Positions 37,914 through 50,547 are shown, counted from the first letter of the whole stretch. The stretch: DNA of 63,129 nucleotides, filler included, from Basidioascus undulatus (GCA_000826855.1; 15 parts of 15 records of this genome joined end to end with filler, not necessarily neighbours in it), one strand, 5' to 3'. A program made the numbers and translations. The notes: generated by a model from the letters alone, not told the origin.

Positions 37914-39643
37914 CTCGACTCCCACTTGCTTACGCTTGCGGTGACAATGCTTCAACAATCAAAACACACGTCCATTAATAAAACAATGTTGTCAAGCACC
38001 TGTTCCTTCCGCTGTATATTTTAAAGAAGCCCACTTCTAAAGTCAAACGCAGTTTTTGAATGGATTTTCTTAAGACAGCGAAGGTAGCGAATTAAAAGCA
38101 ACACCGGCAACTTACACAGATCGATGCAATCTCCACTCGAGCCCTGCCGGGCCTCGAGAAATGGGTTTGGACTACTTAAGTAGTAGTGAGAAGGGATAAA
38201 TATTGTACCGAATATGGATTACTGTGTGCGATTGTTCTCGTCCAAGGACATTAGTTTGAAGCCTGACCATTTCTTCCCGCATTCATACGGCCAACTCGAT
38301 CGGAGGTTGAGGTCAATCGAGAAGAAGACAGAGCACAACTGGGCGGAGTTGGTGAAGCTATCTAGATGTAATATCTTGAAATTTTTAATACACACTCAAG
38401 TAACCGAATTCTCAGTGATAGAGAATGCCAATTTGAGCAGTAGCAGTGTACAGCCTCGTGCACTTCTGGCTTTTCCAGGGCTCGGAAGGCCTGCTGTCAC
38501 TTACGATGATAAACCTGACTCCTATCCTTTTATTTCCATTACTATTGCTTTATTTCGACTTAAATGAAAACTTTCAGTCTCGGAGGATCTTCTATTTCTT
38601 GACAGACTTGCTGTCTGTGTGGGTTAACTGCAACCCCGCGACAGGTGCCTGCCAGAACCTCACGGCCTTGGTTGGCTCGGCGCTTCTTAGAAAACGGAAG
38701 TGGGACAATGTCATAGGAAACAAATGGAGATATGCACTACCCTAGTTTAAAGCCTCCAGAACCGCGCGGCGGACAGCAGCTGAGGTTCTGTCACACTGCA
38801 TGCAGGGCACAAACAAATTGCACGAGTGCGTTGCCGGCATTCAAGATCCATGGAAGCTTTCACGCAGTGGTCAAAAACATTCTAAACCCACTGTATGGCT
38901 TGACCCCACTGTTAAGACTGCCGAATTCGGTTCCACAGCTCTTTACCGAGGCGGTACCGCAGCTGCACATCCCGGTCACGACGCCAGACACCATCGGAAT
39001 CAAATCTCTTCAGTCTTCCTTCTCCCCATCATCTACGAGTTTTGTCCAAGATGACATCCACGACTTCATCATCACGTGCCGCTTCAGCCTCACCGTCGCT
39101 GCCGCGTCAATTATGATGCTCATCTTCGGGATCCTCTGGCTCATCCGTCCGTTGCCCACTGCAACCCCTCTGCAATCCTTACATCCGTGCCCGCTCAAGG
39201 CAGCATACGACCGCTTTTCCAAGACGCAACGAAGCGGGAGGAGCACTCCTCATGTCTTCAGTGTCCTGTCGCCCAGTTGCGTACTGCCCACTGCGGCCGC
39301 TGTCCTCCCCACGGAACTGAGACGGATCACTCACATTGGAGGGATATGCGCCGGGCATTAGTCTTGATCTACCTCATAGCATGGTGTACAGATACGTGGT
39401 GACAGACGAGACGTTGTGCACATGGCAGGGCTGTGAAATCCATGAATTGTCCTAACTGCATGCGACGACTCAGCTGCGTTTTAGATGGAATATGGATCGA
39501 GATTTGTGGAGTGAAGGCAAGGCAATCCGAAGAAGCGAATTGTAAACCTAAGGAAGGGCTGGTGAGCGCGCGAAGGTCGAGGTGAGGGTCAGCGACAGTC
39601 CCTGATATGCGTCAGAAAATGCGATGCAATACGTCTCTCTCCA

Positions 39644-40587
39644 TCAAGTACTCCTCCCTGCTAGATCCACGCTCTCCTGCTCCGCAAGCGCCATGAACTC
39701 CTCCCACGCCTCCTTATCCATCCCATACGCCTCCTTCTCCGCAGGGAACGCCCCTTCCCTCACGTCCCTCGCCCAGCTGCCCATGGCCTCCCTGCCCTCC
39801 TTCGCCCACTCCGCATACCGCCTCACAAACTTGGGCTTGAAGGCATCGTACAGCCCCAGCAAATCCGCCTGGACGAGGACCTGCCCCGCGGTGCCTGGGC
39901 CGGCCCCAATCCCAATCGAGGGGACGTCCAGGCGCTCGGTGATGTACGCCCCGAGCGGGGTCGGAATCGCCTCTAGGACGACTGCGAATGCGCCCGCGTG
40001 CTGGATCGCCAGCGCGTCGTGCAGGATGGCCAGCGCCGCGGCCGGCGAGCGCCCCTGGACCTTGAACCCGGAGAGGAGGGTCGCGCGCTGGGGGAGGAGC
40101 CCGACGTGGCCCATGACGGGCACGCCGGCCTCGACGATCCGCCGCACGGTCTCCGCGATCTCGCACCCGCCCTCGAGCTTCACGCCGTCCACGCCCCCCT
40201 CGCGCACGAGCCGCACCGCGCTCCGCACCGCCTCGTCCGCGCCGCAGTGGTACGTCCCGAAGGGCAGGTCCGCCACGACGAAGGGCGTCTTGGCGCCCCG
40301 CATGACAGCCCGGCAGTGGTGGATCATCTCGTCTAGCGTGAGGGACGTCGTGGACGCGTGCCCTAGGCACGTGAGCGCCAGCGAGTCGCCCACGAGCGTG
40401 ATGTCGATGCCGGGGGTGGGAGGGGAGTGGTGCGTGGACTCGATGAGGTTGGAGGTCGGGTAGTCGTACGCGGTTAGGCAGGTGATGGGCGTGCGGGATC
40501 GGTGAAGGGCGTGAAGGGAGGCGATGGTGCGCTTTTTGGGTGGGGAGGGCGCTGGGGGGAAGGGGCTGTGTGAGCGTGCTAAGGACA
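39644..40587 (-). CDS. ECM31: 3-methyl-2-oxobutanoate hydroxymethyltransferase (PanB), 5' truncated
   Basis: ITCLTAYDYP, LVGDSLA, TLDEMIHHCRAVMRGA, VADLPFG, GVKLEGG, VMGHVGLLPQ, GFKVQGR, IGIGAG..GQVLV and PKFVRRY. No intron in the visible part. Confidence 0.95.
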
Positions 40588-41820
40588 NNNNNNNNNNNNN
40601 NNNNNNNNNNNNNNNNNNNNNNNNNNNNNNNTTAATTAATTAANNNNNNNNNNNNNNNNNNNNNNNNNNNNNNNNNNNNNNNNNNNNCCGTAGCAACCTT
40701 CCTCATGTCCACCTTTGTGAGTCTGTAGCGTTTCACGGAGGAGCACTCGATGGCAAGTGCTCCATCGTAGGCTAGCCTGGTAAGCTCTATAGGTCGCGGC
40801 TCGTAGCTCATCGTTGATGTGGCGACCGGCAACATGGCCGGGCAGGAGAGGGGTGGCCATCTTTGCAACACAGGCATGGAAGGCCAAGGTGGCTCGGGTT
40901 CAGGCTGGCCTCCCGCCGCGATCCGCAACGGCGTCACGGTGCAATTGATGAGTTAGTTTTGCAGCTTTAAGCCACAGGATGGCTAGCTGGACCCGGCGAC
41001 TGTGAGTCCTGATGTCCCACAGGCCTCGAGAGCGTTGAACTTAAGAGAGCAGGAACAGACGAGTCGACCACCGCCGCGTCTCGCACTGTCTCAGGATGAT
41101 CGGGAACCTTGACAAAACTACAGCTGTCTTCGTTAGACCCCGTGATCTTCATCCGTCAGTATCAGGTAATGGACGGACGGCAGGTCGAGCACAAGGCATC
41201 ATGGATGTCGGGCTGTCAGTCACGTGCAGTCACGCTCGTCTCCCTCTTCATTTATCCAACGATCGGAAGCATTCGGATGTTTGCGCCATCACCACTCGAG
41301 GTGCAACAGTCGTCAGAAACCGGTGAAAGCCCAACCCGGCTGCTCGCGAAACGCTGCTCCGGCCACTGTGATCCGGGACTCCCTCCCCCGTCCGCGTTGC
41401 GCCGCAGGACCAACAGCGCTCAGACGCTCCACAGGCCCCCGGCGTTACTCGCCGGTCGCAGCGACACTGCATCCATGCAGTTTCAAGCAGTGAAAGCGCA
41501 TTGCCAGCGCTGGTTTCAGACGAAAGCTGCTGCAGTCATGTATAGACGAGTGGGATCTGCTGATGAGGCTCAGCGGACAGTCGGTCGTCGCGTCGGAGGA
41601 TTCGGGCCGCGTTGACACTGGCGGCGACGCATGTGATTCTGCGCTGCAATGCGACGTGCATCCCAGGTTAGGGTTACCCCGCACGTCACCCCGCCCGGAG
41701 CTGGCAAGTCCTCGAGACGACCTCAATCAACCGCCCCTTCCTCTCCTCCCAATCCACTCCTCATCCTCGTATCACAAACACCCTACACTCCCCTTTTAGA
41801 CTTTATATTTTCTCTCCAAA

Positions 41821-43333
41821 ATGGTTAAGGCTGCTGTTCTCGGTGCTGCTGGTGAGTCGGAGGAAGGAAAGAGAGTGACAGCCCGTTGGGGATGCTGAGC
41901 GCGCCGTCGTCATCTAGGTGGTATCGGCCAGCCGCTGTCCCTCCTCCTCGCGAGCAACCCGCACGTTACCGACGTACGCACACAAAATTTATCATAAATC
42001 AGGTGTAATAGTCTGACTCCTCTTCCCATACAGCTCGCCGCCTTCGATGTCGTCAATGCCTACGGTGTGCGTCCTGCGCTCCTGCGGTGTCCCGCACTTC
42101 CGCTGGGGAAGCATCCGGGCTGACTTGGCTGGGGGATGGACTGCATATTTGACTCTCAACAGGTCGGCGCTGACCTGAGCCACCTCGACACCCCCGCGAC
42201 TGTCACCGGCTACCTGAAGGAGAACGATGGCCTCAAGAAGGCCCTCACCGGCGCTGAGCTCATCATCATCCCTGCTGGCGTTCCCCGCAAGGTGCGTTGT
42301 TTTCTCCGTACGCGCTTAGAATACAGCTGGAAGACAGGAAGTTGATGTGGGACTGTGGAGATCGCATAGCCTGGCATGACCCGCGATGACCTGTTCAGTA
42401 CGTGCCGCCCCCGGTGTTGCTCCCCCCCTACGAAGGAGATCGCTCACGCTCGCAGTACCTCTTCGCAGAGATCAACGGCGGCATCGCCAAGGACCTTGCG
42501 ACCAACATCGCCGACTTTGCCCCCAACGCCTTTGTCCTCGTCATCTCCAGTGCGTCTTCTTTCCCTGCCCTCCGAGAGTGAACGACGACTGACGAGCCGC
42601 CCTTCAATAGACCCCGTCAACTCCCTTGTTCCCGTATGTCCGCGCAGGCGAGCAGGCTGCCCGTAAGAGTCGCATTGACCTCTCCTGCACATATAGGTCT
42701 TTGCCGAGATCTTCAAGCAGAAGGGCACCTTCAACCCCAAGCGGTGCGTGTCCGTTCAGACGTGCGAGAGAGAGCACGTGTTGAAACCAGGATTGGGAAT
42801 CAGCCTCTTCGGTGTTACCACCCTTGACATTGTCCGCGCCTCCAAGTTCCTTGCTACCGTCTCTGGCGAGCCCAACGCTGCTCCCAAGTACAGTGCGTCT
42901 CCCTTCTCCCCCCACTCCCCCCTCCTCCCCTTCCCCGCTTCTCTCAACCTTCACTAACCTTCCACCTCCCTCCCCAGCCGTCCCCGTCGTCGGCGGCCAC
43001 TCCGGCAAGACGATCATCCCTCTCCTCTCGCAGGCGAAGCCGCAGCCGCCCAAGGCGCTCTCGCAGGAGGACACGGACGCCCTCGTGAACCGGATCCAGT
43101 TCGGCGGCGACGAGGTCGTCAAGGCCAAGGACGGCGCCGGCTCCGCGACGCTCTCGATGGCGTACGCCGGCGCCAAGTTCGCCTCCGCCGTCCTTGACGC
43201 TGCCTTCGGTGGCAAGGCCGGCCTCGTTGTGCCCTCCTACGTCAACCTCGCTGCCGACCCCGAGGCGACTAAGCAGATCCAGCAGGAGATCGGCAAGCCG
43301 CTGGAGTACTTCTCGGTTCCTGTGCAGCTCGGC
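41821..43333 (+). CDS. NAD-dependent malate dehydrogenase without a mitochondrial presequence, 3' truncated
   Basis: [71 protein letters not shown] and [24 protein letters not shown], split by about 10 introns. Confidence 0.95.
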
Positions 43334-43525
43334 GTACGTCACCCCTCTCCCCCACTCATGTCACTCTGCCTCTTTACCGACCGTTCGAGTTGCTCATGAT
43401 GTTCTCTGTGCCCCACTCTCTTATCNNNNNNNNNNNNNNNNNNNNNNNNNNNNNNNNNNNNNNNNNNNNTTAATTAATTAANNNNNNNNNNNNNNNNNNN
43501 NNNNNNNNNNNNNNNNNNNNNNNNN

Positions 43526-43735
43526 GACACCCACTTCGACTCCCCTCCTCCCCCCACTCCCACACACCGGACATTCGCCGGCATCGGCAGCCCCTACCTC
43601 CTTCACAACAGCGCCTCGGCCTTCTACCCAGGCGTGCGCGACCTGTCGGCGCTCATCAAGGTCCTCACGGGCGCGGGGTTCCTCGCGCTCGGGCGCGGCG
43701 AGCGACTGGGTGTTTGGAGGGCGTCTGGTTCATGA
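43526..43735 (+). CDS. Possible 3' end of an unidentified gene
   Basis: High-GC3 frame TFAGIGSPYLLHNSASAFYPGVRDLSALIKVLTGAGFLALGRGERLGVWRASGS*. Confidence 0.3.
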   Translation, partial: DTHFDSPPPPTPTHRTFAGIGSPYLLHNSASAFYPGVRDLSALIKVLTGAGFLALGRGERLGVWRASGS

Positions 43736-44912
43736 TTTGGTGGCCCTGAGTGTGTGACAGCAGGGGTCGTGGAGGTGGGTGCTGAGGGGTTATGCCGTGC
43801 GGACGGCGGGGTTGTGGGGGTGCGGAATGTGCGGAGGTAGAAATGTGGCAAGAGTGTGAGGAGGAGGTTGCGGCGGAGTGTTGAGTTGACTTTGAAATGT
43901 AGTTTCAGCACTTTCTTGTGTAATTTGTCAGATTTCCTGGTATGCGACTCCAGAAAAGCCATACGGCAGCTGTGAAACAACTTACTGTATGCAACCTGCT
44001 ACGTCGTTCTGGCATGCGGATTCTGTTGAACATAAGAAACTATCAGTTCTAGTTTGAGTGAAATAATTAATGCAAGGATTTCTATGTCCTTGGAATCACG
44101 TCCAAAGAACAAAAGCATCGAGATTGATAGGCGGACAACCCACGCCGCAAGGCTTGCAAGCGACTTCGAGGGTTACCGTATGTCCTGGCCTGAGGATACC
44201 TGCGACCTTTTACGTGGTAGTGCTGGAAGTTCCAATGATTGATTTTGGTAAAGAAGTACGCATCTGACTCCAGGTCGGCGGTGAAGTTTGACCTTTCGGC
44301 TCCAGCACCATCGCACACACCGACCGTAGATACAGTAAACCTGGCCAAGGACTTGCGTGAGCTATTGCTTCAACACTCATTAAAAGCATTCAGAGGTGCA
44401 AACCTTTCGGTTTCATGCCCAATGTATCGAACCCCGCTCAAATCTCCGCGGTGAAACGAGTTGCCGAGTCTTTGCCACTGCAAGCAAGTGCACTTGCACT
44501 CAAGCCACGCTCGCTGTGCGTACCTCTGGTTCTCCTGAGCGCTGTTATCAAGCAGAATTGGGATGTACACCGCTTTGTTTGTTGTGGAGACTGTATCGAG
44601 AGGAGGCAAAAAGTCGAGCGGCGACATCGGAACTTTCGGAGAAGACGCGCGGTTTGAAAGTCCACTCCAGAGCGGCCGATTGAGCGCGCTCGGCGGGCGG
44701 GCGTCTCCGGGCGGCAACCTGCCCTGGCTGGCTCTGGCTGTCTCATCGTCAGAAGTCGGCGAACCCTTCAGGCAAAAAGTCAGACTCGGCTCAGCACTCT
44801 CCGTGCTGCCTTCATTTGTACCGCATCGCCTTCCCCTCCCTTGCACATTCCTCCGCTCCGTTTCCTTCCTTTTCACCTCGAATAATCCATTACTCTCTTT
44901 TCGGGACCGACG

Positions 44913-46251
44913 ATGGCGCAGGACACCGTTTCCCCGGAGCAGCAGCAGCAGCCGCAGCGTGCCGCCGCTGAGCAGGTCGAGCAGCAGCAGCAGCAGGCGG
45001 AGGCTGCGCAGGAGCAGCAGGTCCAGCTTGAGGGTGAGTGGCGAATAGTTGGTAGTGATGGGGGCGGTGCGGGTGGGGCTATACAGTGGCGCCGGGCGAT
45101 GGGAGGTAGAAGAAGACGCAGAGATCGGCGGTCTCGTGCGGGCTGGGGCGTCTTCTCGCTTCGCCCCGGAGGTCGCTTGAGCGTGCGTTCGGTGCGCCCA
45201 CACAGAACCTCGGCAATGTCGGGTCCTGTAAGATGATTAATAGCAAACCAGGATTTTGAGGTTACGCTGGGGTCTGAAGCGCGGCTTTGGGCGTCAACAC
45301 ACTGCTCGACTGCAGACACTGACACACCCGTCCTGCCTCCAGAGCTCCCCCCTCAGTATCAGCTCACGATCATCGTCCCGCCCCGCCCGACGCACTCCGA
45401 ACCGGCTCTCCAAGCGAACGGCAAGTCGCGCAAGGGCGCGCCCGCCGCCGCCGCGCTGAGCGAGCCGCGCAAGATCTCGATCTTGACGCTGCCGAACGAG
45501 ACGTTCTTGGACCTGCGCCAGGCCGTGCACGAGTCGCCCGACGGCCACTGGATCGGCGCGTTCTCGTTCAGGGACGTCAACGCCGAGGGCACGGGCCCGG
45601 CAAAGGAGAAGCTGTCAGACTTTGTCGAGGTGGCGGATGTGCTGGGCAAGCAGGAGCGGGCGGACAAGGTGCTCTACGTCGTTCTCGGTGCGTTCTTTTG
45701 CTCTCGAGTCTGCGAGAACCGGAGTTGGCTGAATGGGGTTTGTGTTTGCAGAGAATTACACCGACATCGAAGCCCGGCACCATGTCATCCGCTTCAGGGA
45801 GTCCGCCTTCGGCCCGGCGCCGTACGATCCCAACGGCCTCGGTGTCGAGGCGGGCCTCTCGATCCTGGACTACATCCACCCCCCTCCCCCTCCCGACGCT
45901 ACGGCCCAGCCTGAAGAGGCTGCCGCTGCTGCCCCCGAGCCCGAGACCAAGTCCGTAGCGGCTAAGGGCAAGGGCAAGGGCAAGAAGGCCGCTCCTGAGC
46001 ATGAGCCCGAGCCTGAGCCCGAGTCCACCGAGCCTGCCCCTGCGCCCGCGAACCACGCCTTCTCCGGCTGGAAGAGCTGGACGTCGCGCCCGCTGTCGAC
46101 AACTCTGCCCAAGGAGCGCGGCCGCGAGCTCAAGACGTCGCTGCGCTCGCTCGCGCTGAGCGCGTGGAACCCGCCGCCGCCGCCGCTCCGCCTCATCCGG
46201 AAATCGGTGCCTCGCCCACTCCATGTCATCACGGCCGACCCATCTCATCTG
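44913..46251 (+). CDS. CLU1: Clustered mitochondria protein Clu1/TIF31, N-terminal part
   Basis: PNETFLDLRQAVHESPDGHWIGAFSF, YTDIEARHHVIRFRE, GVEAGLSILD and LRSLALSAWNPPPPPLRL (CLU_N region). Confidence 0.85.
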
Positions 46252-46351
46252 NNNNNNNNNNNNNNNNNNNNNNNNNNNNNNNNNNNNNNNNNNNNTTAAT
46301 TAATTAANNNNNNNNNNNNNNNNNNNNNNNNNNNNNNNNNNNNNNNNNNNN

Positions 46352-47534
46352 GGCGGCGAGGGGAAGGGGAGAGGGGAGAGGGAGGAAAGGGGAGGAGGAG
46401 GCGCGTCGGGATAGGGGAATGGGGAGGGGAAGGACACACTTTGAATTCTTTGAGAGGGAAGGTGAGGAGCGAGTCGGACTCGACTGAGTAGAGCTCGAAC
46501 TCGCTGATGTCGACTTCGACCTCCGTCTGCGTCGGCATCTTTTTGACCGGGTCTGGTCCCCGCAGCCAAGCAAACTCCGCTCAGCCTTCCCATCAGGCTA
46601 GAAAAAAAAAAGGAAGGAAAGCGCACGCACCCCGCTCATCCACCCCCTCCCCCTCATCAAAGCTCCGAATCTTGCACCACGTCTCCCCGCACGACAGGCT
46701 GACCTCCCCGCCCGCTGCAGAGGCCCCCCCGGCAAAGTGGTCCGTCCACTCGCGCAGGACGCGCGGGGAGACGGTGAACTTGTTTGGGCACGCGTCCGGG
46801 TCGGAGTTGGGGAGGAGGAGCGACGAGGGGGAATAGGTCAGCTTGTGGGTCTTGGTTACTCCTGTGTGAAGGGAGGTGAGTAGGATGGAGAAAGGAGGAG
46901 GAGGAAGAGAGGTGGAGGGAGGAAAGGAAGGGGAGGACAGGGGAGAGGGAGAGGGACAGACCATGCTTGCAGTGGAGCTTGACGATCAGGCGGCACTCGC
47001 CCGTCTCGTTCTGCGCGTCTTCGACGATGGAGAGCTCGCACTTGTTGACAGTCTTGTCGACATTCCGATGTCGGACGATGCTGAGCAGAGCCTGGGCGCT
47101 CCCTCCCCTATCTCAGCTCCGCTCAAGCGGCAAGGAAGCAGGTGGGAGAGGAAGCGCACCTTGACCTGCAGTTCGGCCGTCGGCGCCTCGTCCGCGGTGA
47201 GGCGGTAGCGGTCAAAGAAGGCGCGGTCGAGCTTGAAGAATGCGCAGGCGGTCTTGGAGGCGTTGATGGAAACCATTTTGAACTGGGGGTGAGTCGGGTG
47301 CATGCTCAGTACAGCGTCTCCCCCGCATGAGCTTGGGAAGGATGGAAGCGCACCTCGGTGTCCGTCACGCTGAGGGTCATCTCATCCCCGAACTTGGCAA
47401 GGCATGCGAGGGCCTTGGTAAAAGCTGCGAGCATCCAAGGGTCAGTCCGAGAGAAGGGAGGAGGACGCGTCGTGGACGCGCCGCGCGGGCTGGGACGGAC
47501 ACTTGAGCGCGCTCGCGCTGATGGAAACGTTCAT
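46352..47534 (-). CDS. rad9: 9-1-1 checkpoint clamp subunit Rad9/Ddc1, 3' truncated
   Basis: MNVSISASALK/SFTKALACLAKFGDEM, SINASKTACAFFKLDRAFFDRY, ECRLIVKLHCKH/GVTKTHKLTY, LREWTDHF, TEVEVDISEFELY and LTFPLKEFK. Confidence 0.88.
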
Positions 47535-47926
47535 GTCGTCGGCGAGTGCACCGCCGCGGACGTCGAGGTCGGCGATGGGGACTCGGGCGATGGTGCGAGT
47601 GCGTGCGTGTGCGGGCCATGAAGGCGGGCGGCAAGGACAAGGCAAGGCAGCCGGCGGTGCTCGGCAGGTCGGTCGGGCGGGCGAGCGAGCGCGCTATGAC
47701 GGACGGCCTTTGGGCTTGAACCACCACCACCATCCCCTCCTTCCTCCTCGTATTCTCCTCTCCGGGTTCCGTGTTGATCCAAAAGCGCCTGGGGGCGCAT
47801 TCTTTCTTTGTCTGTTTCTCGAAGCACCCGCATAGACGCTGCCGAATTCGTGCGTCCCCCCTATCCGATCGAGCATCCCCACCTTCCAACTCAAGAGCGT
47901 CTTCTCCCTTTCAGTCCTTGCCCAGC

Positions 47927-49071
47927 ATGCTCCGCACGCCCCCCCTGCGCCTGCGCGGCCCCCCGTCCTCAGCGCGGTCCACCATCCCGCGCCCGCGCCA
48001 ACAAGCTACCGCTGCCCCTCCCCCTCCTCCGCCGCCGCCTCCGCCTCCGCGAGCGAAGAAGGCGCTGCGGCGGATCCTCCTCCCAACGCTGGTGATCGCC
48101 TCCCCGCTCCTCGCGCTCTACTACCTCGACTCGCGCTCCGCACTCCACTCGCACCTCCTCCAGCCCCTCGTCCGCCTCCTCCCCGCCGAGGACGCACACC
48201 GCCTCGCCGTGCAGGTCCTCGGCTCCGGCTTGGGCCCCAAGGACCGCGTGCACGACTGGGAGGGATTGAAGACGGAGCTGTGGGGCAAGGAGCTCGACAA
48301 CCCGCTGGGCATTGCGGCGGGCTTTGATAAGCATGCGGAGGCGATCGATGGGCTGTTTGATCTGGGCTTTGGGTACGTCGAGGTCGGGAGCGTGACGCCC
48401 GAGGCGCAGGTGTGTCTCCTCCTTTCCCCTCCCCCTTTCCTCATCCTCATCCTCAACCCCCCTGTCCCCGGCAGCCCGGCAACCCCCTCCCACGCGTCTT
48501 CCGCCTCCCCGAAGACGGCGCGCTCATCAACCGCTACGGCTTCAACTCTCCCGGCCATCTCCCCGTGCTCGAGCGTCTCCGCTCCCGCCTGCGCTCCTTC
48601 GTCCTCGCCCACGCGCCCGACGCGCTGGCCTACCCGCTTCTCTCGACGGGCTTCCTCTCCGCCTCGCTCTCGACCGAGGCGCTCGGCGTCCCGCGCTCCC
48701 TCCGCCCGGGGCGCGTCCTCGCGCTCAACCTGGGCAAGAACAGGACCTCGGCGCCGGACGACGTGGAGGACTATGTCCTCGGCGTGCGCCGTCTGGGGCC
48801 GTTCGCGGATGTGCTCGTTATCAATGTGTCGAGCCCTAACACCCCGGGGCTGCGCGGCATGCAGCGCAGGGGCGTGCTTGAGGAGCTCCTCAGCCGCGTC
48901 GTCAAAGAGCGCGACGCACTCGAGGGCCCCCGCGTGCCGGTGCTCGTCAAGGTCGCCCCAGACCTCGCCCCCGACGAGCTCACGGACGTGGGCGAGGCGG
49001 CCAAGAACGTCGGACTGGACGGCGTCATAATCTCCAACACAACGATCCAGCGTCCCCCGACCCTGCAACTT
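47927..49071 (+). CDS. URA9: Class 2 (quinone) dihydroorotate dehydrogenase, mitochondrial, 3' truncated
   Basis: Arg-rich presequence and a TM helix, then [80 protein letters not shown] and IISNTT. Confidence 0.95.
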
Positions 49072-49249
49072 NNNNNNNNNNNNNNNNNNNNNNNNNNNNN
49101 NNNNNNNNNNNNNNNTTAATTAATTAANNNNNNNNNNNNNNNNNNNNNNNNNNNNNNNNNNNNNNNNNNNNTCTTCATCCATCTTGCATCTTGACACCAA
49201 CCCTGCTGGTAGTCCCCGCTGCGGTCTGTCTTACCCAGTCAAGTCCTGA

Positions 49250-49850
49250 CAGTCTCACAAAACAGACATAGGTCTGTAATGTCAGACAGAGTGCATCTGT
49301 GCATAGACACATATCTGAAAGTAGACATAGGTCAGAACACATAGACATGTGTCTGAAATTTTAGACAGGGTGTGTCTGGCTGGACAGACACATGTCTGAA
49401 AAAATAAACATTTGTTGGCATGGGGCTGGAATTGCAGACAGGGTGCATCTGGCTGGACAGACATGTGTCTGGCTAGACAGAAATGTGTCTGGCATGATTT
49501 ATAGATTCATGTCCGATTTTTCAGAGATGCGGCTGAAGACATAGACAATGTCTCTGGAATGCTAGACAGGCCACATATGGCTCAACAAACATGTGCCTGA
49601 AGTGTCAGATAGGGTGTGTCTGGCTGGATAGAGACATGTCTGGCTAAGTTTTTTTTATTGGACGACCTGCAGGTGAGGTGTCTGCCACTCAGACTGGCCA
49701 TGTCCTACCCTCAGACATGGCTTGTCTGACCCACAGACATGGCTCCTCTGAACCTCAGACAGGCTGTGTCTTACCCTCAGACATGGCTTACCCTCAGGAT
49801 GGCATGTCTGCAGCTCAGATGGGCTGCGCTTACCCTGAGGTCCAGCTCTG
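49250..49850. repeat. Degenerate array of CAGACA/TGTCTG-based direct and inverted repeats, CpG-depleted; probable transposon remnant
   Basis: Recurrent agacatgtgtctg, tgtctggctggacagaca(ca)tgt(g)tctg and ccctcagacatggctt units; TG/CA-rich with few CG compared with flanking genes. Confidence 0.65.
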
Positions 49851-50547
49851 CCAAAAGATGCAACCAGTCTTGTATTCAGTACACATGAATAGTGCTGCTG
49901 TCCACCTTTATAGTAGCCTTCCTTCAGTAGGCATGCCAGCTTTGCCAACTCTTTGCTGCCTTTGCAAACACTTTGGTGCAGGAATGGAAAGCTGCCTTTA
50001 CATCCTGACTTTTGGTGACTGGGAGTCAGCTCCATGCTTATGACATCCCCCAGGTCTCTGCGGACTGTAACATACACAGCCATTCAGACCACCTAGACCA
50101 CCATAGGCACTTGCAAAGGTCTGACAGTTGACTGGCATGCAGTGAAATTGCTTTCGCCCATCTACTGAATCTACTGAGAGAAAGAGCATACGGGCATGCC
50201 CTGCATGTGGCCTTGAGGTACTTGTATCGAGATGACCAAAAAAAAGGTCCTGATTGGCATAAAGCTCATGACCTCTTGCGTCACAATGCTGGACACACAG
50301 CGGTCTAGCTCCGCAAGGTGTGCAGCTGGATATGGCAGCAGTTGCTCCTCTTCGGGTTCCAAGCAAGAAGTGTGTGGTTGCATGGCTCCTTTCACGGGTG
50401 AACAATGCTGCAGCAATGTTTGTGCGTGGCTAGCCACGGGAGAGCACGACCGCCCTTGCCCTTGTCGCAAACTCCTCTTCCCAAGTCCTCTCAACAACAC
50501 CAACAAGCGCCGAAAAAAATCAGATCATCAATCGATCAACTCAATGC

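Noticed and set aside
38732..39361. 209-aa ORF with one hydrophobic stretch
   Set aside because: It lacks the strong GC3 bias of real genes here and has no recognisable motif, so I cannot support it as a CDS.
39644..40587. Intronless panB as a bacterial horizontal transfer
   Set aside because: Fungi natively encode ECM31/PanB; codon style and the Pro-rich N-terminal extension match the host genes.
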